Source: Candidatus Bilamarchaeaceae archaeon (lineage in GTDB: Archaea; Micrarchaeota; Micrarchaeia; Anstonellales; Bilamarchaeaceae). From it: a DNA stretch of 64,000 nucleotides. A model generated the notes under the pieces. That model saw nothing but the letters and a program-made list of their open reading frames with translations, had not been told where the DNA came from and searched no databases. This document shows, piece by piece, positions 9,574 through 19,638 of the stretch. Where the stretch lies: contig JAWCKZ010000001.1 of NCBI GenBank assembly GCA_038851325.1, positions 32,001 to 96,000 of the forward strand, written 5' to 3'. Numbering within the stretch: position 1 is the stretch's first letter; each line of letters starts with the position of its first letter. Made by a program: the position numbers and the translations under genes.

Positions 9574-10526
9574 ATCGCATTAAGCGCACTGTAGAACAAA
9601 CTATCTGAAGAAAGTCCGCGCAATAAAAGTGCAGCAGCTATGAACAAAACAAAGAAGATTATTGCGGTTATAAAATTCGCAGTCGAACCCGCGACATAAA
9701 CACGTGTCTGCTCTTTTTGAGTAATTTCGGAAAGCACTTTCTCATCAGGTTCAACAAAGGCACCGACTGGTATTATACCTAACAAAACAATGCCTGAAGA
9801 ATTTATCGGCACGTTTGCCATCCTCGCCAAGACTGCGTGTGCACCCTCATGCACGACCAAGATAACAACGAGCGCGAGTAAACCTTCAAGAAAAGGGAGA
9901 TTCACGCCGGGAAGTAACAGAGTACCACCAGGCTGAGCCGCTGCCATTCCTTGATTGCCGAAAAAAATTAATTGAAAGAAAAGGATCGCGATATGCGCTC
10001 CATAATACACGACACCCAAAAGCAAAACAAGAGAAAAACCGCCGAGGAGAAGAGCAAGAAGGAGCACCAAAGCAGACGTACGCTCATCCCCAAAATAGAG
10101 CGTCACTTTTTTTTCAAAACCAGAACCGGTCATTACAGAAGATAGATAATGAAGGGCAAATGGCGCAACGAAAAAGGACAAGAGCAAAAGCAGACAAAGC
10201 CCGACCGCAAAGGACGCTGCGTTTGTGTTTTTCCTCATCAAGAACGCTCCGATAACTCCATAAGAGATCGTTGTGCCAACATCAGAAAAGAAGCTCCATA
10301 TCTTTTTGTGTTTTGCAAGTTCGTTTATGACAGCTATCCCGCGCTTACTTTTTAAAAGTACAAAACCAAGTTCTGTGTCAAGGTCGTATCTTTTTGAGAT
10401 GATAAAACTTACGGCAAACATCTCCACGCAGGTCAAAATGAATTTTGCCAAGCCAGAAAGGCTACTCGTCAATATAGTATAAAAAATTGCCAACGCAACC
10501 AAAAAAATAAGAACCGCATGAAGCAT
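9381..10526 (-). CDS. Site-2 protease family (M50) membrane metallopeptidase
   Basis: HEGAH, GAFVEPD, NLLPLPFFDG motifs, multiple TM helices. Confidence 0.92.
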   Translation of the reverse strand: MLHAVLIFLVALAIFYTILTSSLSGLAKFILTCVEMFAVSFIISKRYDLDTELGFVLLKSKRGIAVINELAKHKKIWSFFSDVGTTISYGVIGAFLMRKNTNAASFAVGLCLLLLLSFFVAPFALHYLSSVMTGSGFEKKVTLYFGDERTSALVLLLALLLGGFSLVLLLGVVYYGAHIAILFFQLIFFGNQGMAAAQPGGTLLLPGVNLPFLEGLLALVVILVVHEGAHAVLARMANVPINSSGIVLLGIIPVGAFVEPDEKVLSEITQKEQTRVYVAGSTANFITAIIFFVLFIAAALLLRGLSSDSLFYSALNAIYSFLGLTFSINFVVATVNLLPLPFFDGYRILELNVSDKRVVKAFMYLTLAAFIFNFLPWFFSD

Positions 10527-10627
10527 GAAGTAAATTTTACCAGAAAACAATAAAAAATTACCGATAATCTTAAAAGATTATATTATTCAAATTGCTAACA
10601 AAAAGTAAAAAAGAGGTGAGAACCCAA

Positions 10628-10984
10628 ATGGGAGGACTGCATATAATATCTGAGTTTTTTTCCTGCGAGAACAACGACGGATTAAAAAATAAGGAGGAAT
10701 TACGTCGGGTGTGCAAAAAAATAGTAGACGAATGCGGCCTAAATGTTGTGGGCTCTTTTTTTCACAAATTTGGAGATGAGGGAGGAGTGACTGGTGTTAT
10801 TGTTTTAGCGGAATCCCACGTTTCCATTCATACCTGGCCAGAGAGAGGGGGCTTCGTTAACATGGATGTATTCGTTTGTAATGTAACGCAGGATAACAGC
10901 GAAAAGGCCAGAGAGGTACACAGAAGGATTAAAGATTATTTTAAACCGAAAAAAGAAGAAACGCAGGAAATAATGAGAAAATGA
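10628..10984 (+). CDS. speD: S-adenosylmethionine decarboxylase proenzyme family (class 1b)
   Basis: GVTGVIVLAESHVSIHTWPE...DVFVC pyruvoyl-forming motif. Confidence 0.88.
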   Translation: MGGLHIISEFFSCENNDGLKNKEELRRVCKKIVDECGLNVVGSFFHKFGDEGGVTGVIVLAESHVSIHTWPERGGFVNMDVFVCNVTQDNSEKAREVHRRIKDYFKPKKEETQEIMRK

Positions 10985-11244
10985 AAAACGAAAGAGAGAG
11001 AGTCCAAACAGATATTAAAAAATTGATAGAGATAATTAAAAAATTTGAAGAGTTAGGTTACTCAAAAAAGCATGCGCACGCGTATTCGTGGGCTAAAAAT
11101 TATCTAGAAGACGCCGCTCATTTTTTTGAGAAGGGCGATTATTTTACTGCCTTTGGATGCGCGAATTATGCCTATGGAATAATAGATGGAATATTAATAA
11201 CAGAAGAATCGGTACAGGAAAGAAAAGAGAAGAATAGAGGGTAA
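10981..11244 (+). CDS. DUF357-like protein
   Basis: AKNYLEDAAHFFEKGDYFTAFGCANYAYGIID pattern. Confidence 0.8.
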   Translation: MKNERERVQTDIKKLIEIIKKFEELGYSKKHAHAYSWAKNYLEDAAHFFEKGDYFTAFGCANYAYGIIDGILITEESVQERKEKNRG

Positions 11245-11318
11245 TGGTTATGGGAGCGAAACCGCGAAAATGGAAATCTGCTCGAACAAGTTCGAGTCCT
11301 TCCATTTTCAGATATTGA
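11244..11318 (+). promoter_or_regulatory. Putative leader ORF (MVMGAKPRKWKSARTSSSPSIFRY) with hairpin, duplicating the L41e 5' end
   Basis: 28-bp direct repeat at 11248-11275 and 11334-11361; hairpin 11266-11309; ATG overlaps the upstream TAA. Confidence 0.45.
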
Positions 11319-11335
11319 AACCGGAGGGAGCGATT

Positions 11336-11449
11336 ATGGGAGCGAAACCGCGAAAATGGAAGAAGAAAAACAGGATGCGTTGGAAATGGGTCAAGAAAAA
11401 GAGAAAGAGATTAAAAAGAAAACTTAAGAGACGAGTTGGAGAGCTTTAG
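11336..11449 (+). CDS. rpl41e: 50S ribosomal protein L41e (not in ORF track)
   Basis: Translates MGAKPRKWKKKNRMRWKWVKKKRKRLKRKLKRRVGEL; MRWKWxKKRxxRLKRK signature; GGAGGG RBS. Confidence 0.88.
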   Translation: MGAKPRKWKKKNRMRWKWVKKKRKRLKRKLKRRVGEL

Positions 11450-11955
11450 CTCTTCTTGGTTTTATCTATTAAGTCAAACACTCTGTGACCCTTGAAAACT
11501 TTCACATAGTTTTTAATAAATGCAAGAAATATTGTAGGCCGTTCGACTATGACTACCTCTTTTTTTCTTTTTGTTTTAAATCCAAGGCGCCACATAAGTA
11601 ATTCGTCCTCCCTAGTCAGACGAGATAGGACAACAACTCCGTCTTCGCTTATATTTCCAACAGCATCAAAAAGTCCTGCGAGATAGTTCGCCGCATACTC
11701 GTTTAAGTATTTAAAGCGTTCAAGTTGCTCTTCTTCAACCTCATTGAAAAACTTTCGATAGGCAGTGTGATAGAAGTAAACCTGTTTCTGGTCTGTAAGA
11801 AGCCTCTCTGGAGTGGTAAGGCCTTGGGAGAGGACCTCTTTTGAGAAAACTTCGATGATTTTTTCGTTGCCGCGCACGCCGAGACCCTCAAAAGAGCGTT
11901 TTTTCCGCCAAAGGCCTATCACATACGCCAGCTCCGGCGTAAGCTTTATTTTCAT
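11446..11955 (-). CDS. Free-standing LAGLIDADG-fold protein (degenerate)
   Basis: LTPELAYVIGLW first motif (acidic residue lost) and YLAGLFDAVG second motif. Confidence 0.65.
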   Translation of the reverse strand: MKIKLTPELAYVIGLWRKKRSFEGLGVRGNEKIIEVFSKEVLSQGLTTPERLLTDQKQVYFYHTAYRKFFNEVEEEQLERFKYLNEYAANYLAGLFDAVGNISEDGVVVLSRLTREDELLMWRLGFKTKRKKEVVIVERPTIFLAFIKNYVKVFKGHRVFDLIDKTKKS

Positions 11956-11980
11956 AAGCCACACCCTGAAGCTTGCCAAC

Positions 11981-12463
11981 TTAAACTCTTGCTCTTTTTT
12001 CCTCCCTTCCACTCTCTTTCTGCAGTTCTTTCTCCCTTTCCAAAGAAACTAATTTTTTTGATGGAACAAATTCTGGCTTTTTTCCTGAAATAAATGCTTG
12101 TATCTCGTTTGCCAGTAGGTCATCAACATGCCTAGAGACCCATCGCGAGGCTTTTATCGAAATCCCCGCATCTGTAAATATCCTCTTTAATTCCTCAGCT
12201 TCCTCCTTCGTGAAAGGTTTTTTTTCGTTTGCTATTCTACCTGCTGCTTTTTCAAAAAGTGCGCTCACTCGTTTTATGTCATTTTGCGTCGCGCCCCTCT
12301 TTAATGCAGATACAAGCCCAACAGCAAGTATCGCGTAGCGCTTGCGATCATTTGCAAGCAAGCGAGCGAGCTTCTTTAAATCGCTTTGGCTAAGCCCGCC
12401 TTTTTTAGCAGCATCAAGAACTTTTTTTGCAAACATCAAAAAACTCTCAACCATAATAACCAA
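11981..12463 (-). CDS. Hypothetical basic helical protein
   Basis: 160-aa ORF filling the gap. Confidence 0.6.
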   Translation of the reverse strand: MVIMVESFLMFAKKVLDAAKKGGLSQSDLKKLARLLANDRKRYAILAVGLVSALKRGATQNDIKRVSALFEKAAGRIANEKKPFTKEEAEELKRIFTDAGISIKASRWVSRHVDDLLANEIQAFISGKKPEFVPSKKLVSLEREKELQKESGREEKRARV

Positions 12464-12541
12464 TTTGAGATTAAACGCTCCCTTTTATAATTGTTTCATT
12501 TCTAATATACCGTAAAAAAAAGCGCTAAAGGAGGGAAGAAA

Positions 12542-12928
12542 ATGATTGTAGGAGAGAGAATACGAGAAATTTCCGGCAGCAAAAGTAAACGCGAACCGAT
12601 AAAGGGCTTGAGCATAAACATAGGTGTTGATGATGTCAGAGTAAGCAGCAAGGAAGTTGAAATAGACTACACATACACTGCCAACTACGATGAAGGAATC
12701 GGAAAACTTCAGATAAAAGGTACACTACTCGCCAATGAGGACGAGGCTCTCTCAAAGAAGATAGAAACAGAATGGAAAAAGAACAAGCGGCTGCCTGAAG
12801 AATATATGACAACCATCCTAAGTGCAATAAACTACAGCGGAAGCGCGAATGGAACGCTGCTTGCAAGAGTTCTTGGATTAACAGCACCGCTAATTCCACC
12901 AAGAATACAACTTGCAAAGAAGGCATAA
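12542..12928 (+). CDS. Hypothetical protein, probable SecB-like fold, paralogue of 24440-24838
   Basis: YTYTANY...LQIKG...W...ILSAIN...PLIPP pattern shared with the paralogue. Confidence 0.7.
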   Translation: MIVGERIREISGSKSKREPIKGLSINIGVDDVRVSSKEVEIDYTYTANYDEGIGKLQIKGTLLANEDEALSKKIETEWKKNKRLPEEYMTTILSAINYSGSANGTLLARVLGLTAPLIPPRIQLAKKA

Positions 12929-12933
12929 CAACA

Positions 12934-13509
12934 CTAATCTTGCCATAGAACACTGCAGTGGATGTAGAATATGGTATAGCTTGCTCCACCTCTTGTTATA
13001 CTATATTCTCTATCGTATACGGAGCAACGCTCAAGTTTATTTTTCTGGTTTTTGTAATCATAAAAACTCATGTTGAAATTACTGTCGTGAACTCCCCATT
13101 CTGGAGCTATTGATGAACAATTGCCAAGAAATACGGCAGCTACCTTAACGTTATATGGCACAGTTTTATCTGTTCGTTCAAATACGCGAATTCCTACCGC
13201 ACGAAGGTTTATGGGAAACCGCCCATTGAATAGCACTGCAGAATTTGGAACGGTTAAATTGGTATCTTTTGGTATTTTATCTAACGGCTGTTCAAGACCA
13301 CTTAGTGCCCACTTATATGTTCTTATATTGTAATTTCCTTCTAGAGTTTCCTTATAGAATTGTACATTAAGCTTCTGAATTGCTACGTCCACCACATAAG
13401 CAGCGGTGTTTTCCGAGAATTCGTTACTGATGATTGCTGCGCCTACCAAGCCTGCAATAACAAGAAGTACAAAAAGTAAACCATCGCTCTCTAAGTCTCC
13501 TCTTTTCAT
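12934..13509 (-). CDS. Hypothetical membrane-anchored protein
   Basis: N-terminal TM helix; AGGTGA RBS. Confidence 0.65.
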   Translation of the reverse strand: MKRGDLESDGLLFVLLVIAGLVGAAIISNEFSENTAAYVVDVAIQKLNVQFYKETLEGNYNIRTYKWALSGLEQPLDKIPKDTNLTVPNSAVLFNGRFPINLRAVGIRVFERTDKTVPYNVKVAAVFLGNCSSIAPEWGVHDSNFNMSFYDYKNQKNKLERCSVYDREYSITRGGASYTIFYIHCSVLWQD

Positions 13510-13528
13510 GCGTTCACCTAGTAGTAGC

Positions 13529-13927
13529 CTACCCTCCTTTCAGCGTTTTGATGGCTGACTCTACCAATGATTTTGCTTCCTTTATAAGTTTTTCCGGCGC
13601 TGCTTTAAGGCGCTTCGCTACATTTTCAGCTCTTTCTTCTCCGACGAAACCTCTTAAAACAATGCGCGTTGCTTTAATTACAGCCTCATTGCTCTCCAAT
13701 GCTTGATGAGTGTAAGCAAGCCATAGGATTTCGTTTATAAGCGCTCTGCCGGTTAATCCCGTGGCTTTTTCTATCTTTTTATTCCATTCGTTTGAGAACT
13801 TGACCACTTCTGGATCTTTTAAAAACTCTTGAAATGTTCCAGTCTTTTTCTTTTCCTCCTCGGGTGCCTTCTTCACCTCCTCTTTGAAAATAGCAAGCCA
13901 GTTGGACAACATGGTCACCACGCTCAT
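13529..13927 (-). CDS. Hypothetical protein
   Basis: 132-aa ORF with TTTAAG/TTTATAAA boxes upstream. Confidence 0.6.
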   Translation of the reverse strand: MSVVTMLSNWLAIFKEEVKKAPEEEKKKTGTFQEFLKDPEVVKFSNEWNKKIEKATGLTGRALINEILWLAYTHQALESNEAVIKATRIVLRGFVGEERAENVAKRLKAAPEKLIKEAKSLVESAIKTLKGG

Positions 13928-13972
13928 TTAACTATCTTAAAATTTATAAAGATTAGTGAGGGTATCTCACAT

Positions 13973-14878
13973 ATGAAAGCTATCTGTCCTTTTCTTTTGT
14001 GCGCTGTGACTTTGATCCTACTACTTTTCGTTTTTGGATGTGTTGGTATTCCAACAACTCAACCTACCCAAAAACAAAGCAGTCCTGGCGAAACCGCTTA
14101 TAATGTTTCCGCAGAAGAAAAACCAGTTGAGATTACAATCAAAGCAAACGAAACAACGAATGAGGAACATGGTGATGCAAAGACCGGACTAGATGGTATA
14201 GAGAGTAAAGAGATTTTATTTACGACAAAAGACAAGTGGGTAATATATGGAACGATTTATTATGCAAACAAAAGCGATGGTGTCAGACATCCAGATACAG
14301 CCATCATCCTTCTTCACGAATTGGGCAAAGATAGAAAAAGTTTTGATGGGATAATCCCACGCCTCCATGCCGAATTCCAAACAGCGGACATAGTTGCGCT
14401 TGACCTTCGCGGACACGGTAAGAGCACAAATCATGGATATTATACTAATTTCCAAGTTGGCGATTACAGGTCGATTAAAAACGATGTTATCGCTCTTAAA
14501 GAAGAGCTAAAAGTCCTAAGACCTACAATAAAAAAATATTACATTATTGGAGCGAGTATAGGAGGGTCGGTTGCACTTGATTTAGCAGCAAGCGGTGAAA
14601 GCTCCAAAATAATTCTCATCTCTCCTGGATTGGCATACCATGATTATGACATCTCAGAAGCCGGGAAAAATTACATCCATGAGATTTATATGGCTGTCGG
14701 GTCAGATGATCACTATTCGGCAGACTCGGCAAGGCGGTTGTACGACACTTCGCCGTCTGACGCGAAAGAACTTAAAGTCTACTATGGCATAAACGCTCAT
14801 GGAACAGATTTGATTGAAGCTACGGCAACTACCAGTCAACCGCTTGAAGAATTAATTGTGAGGTGGCTAAAGAGGTGA
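13973..14878 (+). CDS. Secreted alpha/beta hydrolase (lipoprotein)
   Basis: Signal ending FGC; DLRGHGKS, GASIGG nucleophile elbow, Asp, HGT. Confidence 0.85.
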   Translation: MKAICPFLLCAVTLILLLFVFGCVGIPTTQPTQKQSSPGETAYNVSAEEKPVEITIKANETTNEEHGDAKTGLDGIESKEILFTTKDKWVIYGTIYYANKSDGVRHPDTAIILLHELGKDRKSFDGIIPRLHAEFQTADIVALDLRGHGKSTNHGYYTNFQVGDYRSIKNDVIALKEELKVLRPTIKKYYIIGASIGGSVALDLAASGESSKIILISPGLAYHDYDISEAGKNYIHEIYMAVGSDDHYSADSARRLYDTSPSDAKELKVYYGINAHGTDLIEATATTSQPLEELIVRWLKR

Positions 14879-14883
14879 GATGA

Positions 14884-15285
14884 ATGAGTAACAACGAAGA
14901 AGAAGAAATTGTAGTGAGACGACGTGAAAAGAGGGAGCCGCCCATTGAAGATGAACAAGTTGATATAGAACTTGAACAGAACGAGTCTGGTGCTGATGTT
15001 GACAGAATCGCAAATTTTATATGGGAACTCTCTCGAGAGGTTGTCTATCTAGAGGACCTCGTAGAAGGATGGGAGAATGCAGATGATGAAAAAGATAAAA
15101 GAGAGATAGAAGAAAATTTACCAGACCAGATGGCACTCGTTCTCGACAGGCTAAAGAGGCTTGACGAATTTAGGGTTAGATTCGGGAAGGATGCACCATC
15201 CGCTGATGAGTATGAGATGGAGCTTCGAGCACGCGCGGAGCGTCTGATTAAAGAAGCGAAGGCAATTTTGAAAAAAAGCAAGTAG
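14884..15285 (+). CDS. Hypothetical acidic helical protein
   Basis: 133-aa ORF, GAGGTGA RBS. Confidence 0.65.
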   Translation: MSNNEEEEIVVRRREKREPPIEDEQVDIELEQNESGADVDRIANFIWELSREVVYLEDLVEGWENADDEKDKREIEENLPDQMALVLDRLKRLDEFRVRFGKDAPSADEYEMELRARAERLIKEAKAILKKSK

Positions 15286-15321
15286 AAGAAAACTTTTAAA
15301 TCTCGCCTCCTAATTGTCTCC

Positions 15322-17565
15322 ATGAGACTAGTGTTACTTTCCATCTTGGTTGTTTTTCTCTTATTATTTGGCTGCATCGCTGAAGAGGGGTATTCTGAAA
15401 TAAAAAAAGAGAGTATAACAAAAAGGCAGATATATGACATCGATGAGGATGGTGTTTGGGATTACGCCGTGTATACATTCTCCCCTATCAAGATAGAAAA
15501 GAAAACAGAAATACAAAGGATAGTCACAATATCAAGAATTCAGCATGCGGTGTATTCTTCCTTCTATGACATCACGGATATCGATCTTCTAACTGCAGAC
15601 GAGAAACTAAACCGCTTTTCTCAGAAGAAGAAGGCGGATGAAAATCTCTGCTTACGAAACATGGGGCTTATAGGAGTAAGATGTCCGACTGTCGAATCAT
15701 GCACTTACTTATGCAAAGCAAATTCTGGGAAGTGCAGCGAGGTAGCGGAGTACTACCCTGAAGTAATTGGGGGAAGTGCACTCTTATACACCACGAGCGG
15801 AATTTCTGTGGACCAAATGACAACAAATACGAGAAACCTAATTGTAGAACTCCGTCACGCACCAGAAGAGCAAAAGAACCTTGTTCTGAGTAATATAGAG
15901 AACATAAAAAATGAAATAGCTAATATGAATTCAAACCCGCTTGTGTCCTATCAAGAGTTCGCGCTGTGCGAACAGAGCAATTATGGAGTTGCAGACCTAA
16001 ACGCCGCAGCAGCAATAATTGGAAACTACAGCCAAGAAACAATAGGGTATAAATATAACGTTCTCCTTGTGATAAGGAACACCGACAGCAGCGCCTCAGA
16101 AAAGCTTATCGGAGCGGATGTCGAGGATGCCCTACCACCTTCGACTGCGCAGAGCGATATTTCATCTTATCAAAGGATAACCACAGAGAAGAGAGAGAAG
16201 GTGAGGTGGACACCATCAGGGGTAACTGAGAGGGGCTATGTGCTACATTACTATTTTCAATCAACCAAAGAACCTGACATTGTCCTACCGATGCTTGCAG
16301 TCCCTAATGTAAAAGTTAGGCGCCTTGATTTCACAATGGCAATGCCGATAAATTCTGTTTTTCTCCTGTTTCTTGGGATAACAAATAATGTTTATTTTGC
16401 AGCCGGTATTGCTCTAGGCATTCTATTCGCACTCCTTATTTTTCTTTACACTTTCTTTGTGCTCATAATAAAAGTCATAGAGCACAAACTCAGTGGAAAA
16501 AGATTTGCTGATGCTGTGCGGAAAGCATTTGGTCGCACAGGTATACGATGGAAACTTGACCTCCCGCTTGCGGTTATTCTTCTATTAATCGGCTTTTATG
16601 TATCCTCTTACATCGCTCCCCCAGCACCGGCCAACATTATAACTATTTTCGATGTTGCCCAAGCACTTATAGAACCTGTTGGGTTCATGGGATTTGCGCT
16701 CTCTGTAATAGGTGTTGTGCTGCTTTACGATGGAATTGAAAATCTCGCAAAGATAATAACAATAGAAAGATATTACGGTGCTATTGTACGCGAAGAGAAA
16801 CTTGATTATATGGGTAACATACGTAGATTGAAGGAGAAGCTTGAGGAATTGAAGAAGCTCGTAGAAGAGTACAGTAGTGAGGAGTTTGACGTAAGCGCGG
16901 AATATGGCATTGCCAGTGCGATATCAACTAAACGGATTGAAATGTTTGAGAAAAAGATGACACCATCTAATATAGATGCTGTTGAGGAAGCGCTTGGAAA
17001 GGTCGAAAGCGCACTTGAAAGTTTGAAGGAGCGAAAGGCTGCGGCAGATGAAAATTGGCCAAAGTGGAAGGCAACTATAGATGCACTTCTTACCGAAAAA
17101 AATGAAGTGACAACGGCCCTTTTGATGGGCATTCCAGCCTCGTTGAGAACCTGGGCGCTGACAAGATACGCAAAGGAAAAGGCTGCAGAAGGGGTTGTTT
17201 TCGAAAAAGACATCCTGAAGAAAAAGAAAGTAACAATCGATGCGCTTCTTAAAGAGATGGTAAAAAGCGGTCACTTAAAAGGAGGTATTGTAATAAAGAG
17301 CGAGAACGTTGTTGCCTCCTATATGGAAGGTGATAAGAGCCCAACTGTGCATGCTGCTCTTCTTTTTAGATTAAGAGCATACTTGCACTCACTAGGAAAA
17401 ACGCTTGCGCTCGGAACACCAGTTAGCTTCGTCTCGGTAGGGGATAAAGCAGTGTTTGTGCTTATGAAGACAATGGAGTATGAATGCGGGTTGTTTGTTC
17501 AGCGCGATGTGTTCAAGGAAGCAATCGAAAAATGGAGAACTAAGATAAAAACTGTTACGGAATAA
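15322..17565 (+). CDS. Membrane lipoprotein with coiled coil and C-terminal Roadblock/longin-like domain
   Basis: LLFGC lipobox, Cys-containing ectodomain, about 3-4 TM helices, coiled coil, C-terminal alpha-beta-beta-alpha-beta-beta-beta-alpha pattern. Confidence 0.6.
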   Translation: MRLVLLSILVVFLLLFGCIAEEGYSEIKKESITKRQIYDIDEDGVWDYAVYTFSPIKIEKKTEIQRIVTISRIQHAVYSSFYDITDIDLLTADEKLNRFSQKKKADENLCLRNMGLIGVRCPTVESCTYLCKANSGKCSEVAEYYPEVIGGSALLYTTSGISVDQMTTNTRNLIVELRHAPEEQKNLVLSNIENIKNEIANMNSNPLVSYQEFALCEQSNYGVADLNAAAAIIGNYSQETIGYKYNVLLVIRNTDSSASEKLIGADVEDALPPSTAQSDISSYQRITTEKREKVRWTPSGVTERGYVLHYYFQSTKEPDIVLPMLAVPNVKVRRLDFTMAMPINSVFLLFLGITNNVYFAAGIALGILFALLIFLYTFFVLIIKVIEHKLSGKRFADAVRKAFGRTGIRWKLDLPLAVILLLIGFYVSSYIAPPAPANIITIFDVAQALIEPVGFMGFALSVIGVVLLYDGIENLAKIITIERYYGAIVREEKLDYMGNIRRLKEKLEELKKLVEEYSSEEFDVSAEYGIASAISTKRIEMFEKKMTPSNIDAVEEALGKVESALESLKERKAAADENWPKWKATIDALLTEKNEVTTALLMGIPASLRTWALTRYAKEKAAEGVVFEKDILKKKKVTIDALLKEMVKSGHLKGGIVIKSENVVASYMEGDKSPTVHAALLFRLRAYLHSLGKTLALGTPVSFVSVGDKAVFVLMKTMEYECGLFVQRDVFKEAIEKWRTKIKTVTE

Positions 17566-17738
17566 TGGGATTGAAAGTGCTTTGCAGAAAATAGAATTAA
17601 ACCTGCTAAAATCCTTTAAAACAGCGAAAAAACATACTAATTTAAAGGCTTTGAAATAATATATTAATGGCATAGTTATCGACGTAAAAACCTATTCGAA
17701 AACATATGGTTTTAGTGTCTAGTATCAGTGGTTGTCTT

Positions 17739-19628
17739 ATGAAACCGGAAGAGGAGTATACTGCAAAGGAAATTCAGATTCTGGAGGGTTTAGAGGCAGT
17801 GCGAAAAAGGCCTGCAATGTACATTGGAGATACTGGCAAAAGGGGGTTCCACCACCTACTTTTTGAAGTGCTTGATAACAGCATCGATGAAGCGCTTGCA
17901 GGATACTGTAAAAACATCGAGGTAACTATATACAGGGATGGGTCTGCGTCTGTTGCTGATGATGGCCGCGGGATACCGGTCGAGATGCACGAGAGCGGTA
18001 AGTCGGCACTTGAGGTTGTTACCACTATATTGCACGCAGGCGGAAAGTTTGAAAAAAAAGCGTACAGAATAAGCGGGGGGCTTCACGGGGTTGGTATTTC
18101 AGTTGTCAATGCACTCAGCGAAAGAATGGAGGTCGAGGTCCATAGAGGGGGAAAGGTGCACGTCCAAGGGTATGCGCGGGGAAAACCGACCTCTGATGTC
18201 AGAGTCGTAGGTGAAACAAACAAACGCGGAACCGTGGTACGTTTTAAACCAGACCCAACAATATTTGGCGGGATACAGTTCGACTTCGACTACTTAAAGG
18301 AAAGGTTAATGGAGCTTGCTTATCTAAACGCTGGCTTACGTATCGTTTTTGTTGATGAGAGAGTCGGAACTACAGAAACATTTTATTACGAAGGAGGAAT
18401 AAAAGAGTTTGTAGAGCATCTCAATAGAGCAAAGACAAAACTCCATTCAGTAATCCATTACAAAAAAACAGAAGACAGTGTAGAGATAGAATACGCACTC
18501 CAATACACAAACAGCTATACAGAAATGATGTATTCTTTTGTGAATAATATCCACACCATAGAAGGCGGAACACATCTATCTGGTTTTAAAGCTGCGCTGA
18601 CTAGAGCAATTAATGAGTATGTGAGTTCGAGAGGGCTCGCGAAGAGCGAGAGCAAGATAAAAGGGGAAGACGTTCTTGAGGGGCTTACTGCTGTGCTCAA
18701 TCTCAGGATTCCGGAGCCGCAATTCGAAGGCCAGACAAAAACGAAGCTCGGAAACAGCGAGATAAAAGGTGTGGTCGATAGTTTTGTTTACGAGTCTCTC
18801 ACTCGCTATTTTGAAGAGCATCCCGACGACTCCAAAGCAATAATAACAAAGGTCCTAAGCTCAATGGAAGCACGAGAGGCGGCTCAGAAGGCAAAGGAAT
18901 TGATAAGAAGGAAGAGTGTTTTCGAATCAAGTATTCTTCCAGGAAAGTTGGCTGATTGCACAGAGTCGGATCCTGCGAAGGCAGAGCTTTTCCTTGTTGA
19001 AGGCGAAAGTGCTGGAGGGAGCTCAAAGCAAGCGAGGGATAGAAGGCATCAAGCAATTCTTCCACTGCGTGGAAAGATACTGAACATCGAGAAAGCACCG
19101 CTCCATCGCGCGCTTGCAAACGAGGAAATAAAAGCAATAGCACTTGCGCTGGGCGCTGGTTTTAAAGAAGAGTTTGATCTAAGTAAACTCCGCTATCATA
19201 AATGCATAATAATGACGGATGCTGACGTCGATGGAAGCCACATAAGAACGCTGTTGCTTACTCTTTTCTATCGCTATTTCCGACCACTAATCGAGAAAGG
19301 CCACCTTTACATCGCTCAGCCCCCGCTGTATAGAATTAAGAGAGGAAAGACAGTTGTGTATGCGTACAGCGATGACGAACTTCAGAGGATATTGAGAGAG
19401 GGTGGGGAGGGCGCTGAGATACAAAGATATAAAGGTCTTGGTGAGATGAACCCAGAACAGCTATGGGAGACGACCATGGACCCTGCTCGACGGACCCTCA
19501 AACAAGTAACGATAAAGGATGCGATGCTGGCTGATGAACTTTTCTCAGTTCTAATGGGCGCCGAGGTTGAGCCGAGAAGGGAATTCATAGAGAAGCATGC
19601 AGCAGAGGTAAAGAATCTCGATATATAA
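17739..19628 (+). CDS. gyrB: DNA gyrase subunit B
   Basis: [52 protein letters not shown]. Confidence 0.97.
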   Translation: MKPEEEYTAKEIQILEGLEAVRKRPAMYIGDTGKRGFHHLLFEVLDNSIDEALAGYCKNIEVTIYRDGSASVADDGRGIPVEMHESGKSALEVVTTILHAGGKFEKKAYRISGGLHGVGISVVNALSERMEVEVHRGGKVHVQGYARGKPTSDVRVVGETNKRGTVVRFKPDPTIFGGIQFDFDYLKERLMELAYLNAGLRIVFVDERVGTTETFYYEGGIKEFVEHLNRAKTKLHSVIHYKKTEDSVEIEYALQYTNSYTEMMYSFVNNIHTIEGGTHLSGFKAALTRAINEYVSSRGLAKSESKIKGEDVLEGLTAVLNLRIPEPQFEGQTKTKLGNSEIKGVVDSFVYESLTRYFEEHPDDSKAIITKVLSSMEAREAAQKAKELIRRKSVFESSILPGKLADCTESDPAKAELFLVEGESAGGSSKQARDRRHQAILPLRGKILNIEKAPLHRALANEEIKAIALALGAGFKEEFDLSKLRYHKCIIMTDADVDGSHIRTLLLTLFYRYFRPLIEKGHLYIAQPPLYRIKRGKTVVYAYSDDELQRILREGGEGAEIQRYKGLGEMNPEQLWETTMDPARRTLKQVTIKDAMLADELFSVLMGAEVEPRREFIEKHAAEVKNLDI

Positions 19629-19638
19629 AGGTGAACAA

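Noticed and set aside
11446..12012. Intein or intron-encoded homing endonuclease
   Set aside because: No splicing blocks or host exons. GyrA/B, RadA, PolD-S and TopA are also intein-free by length.
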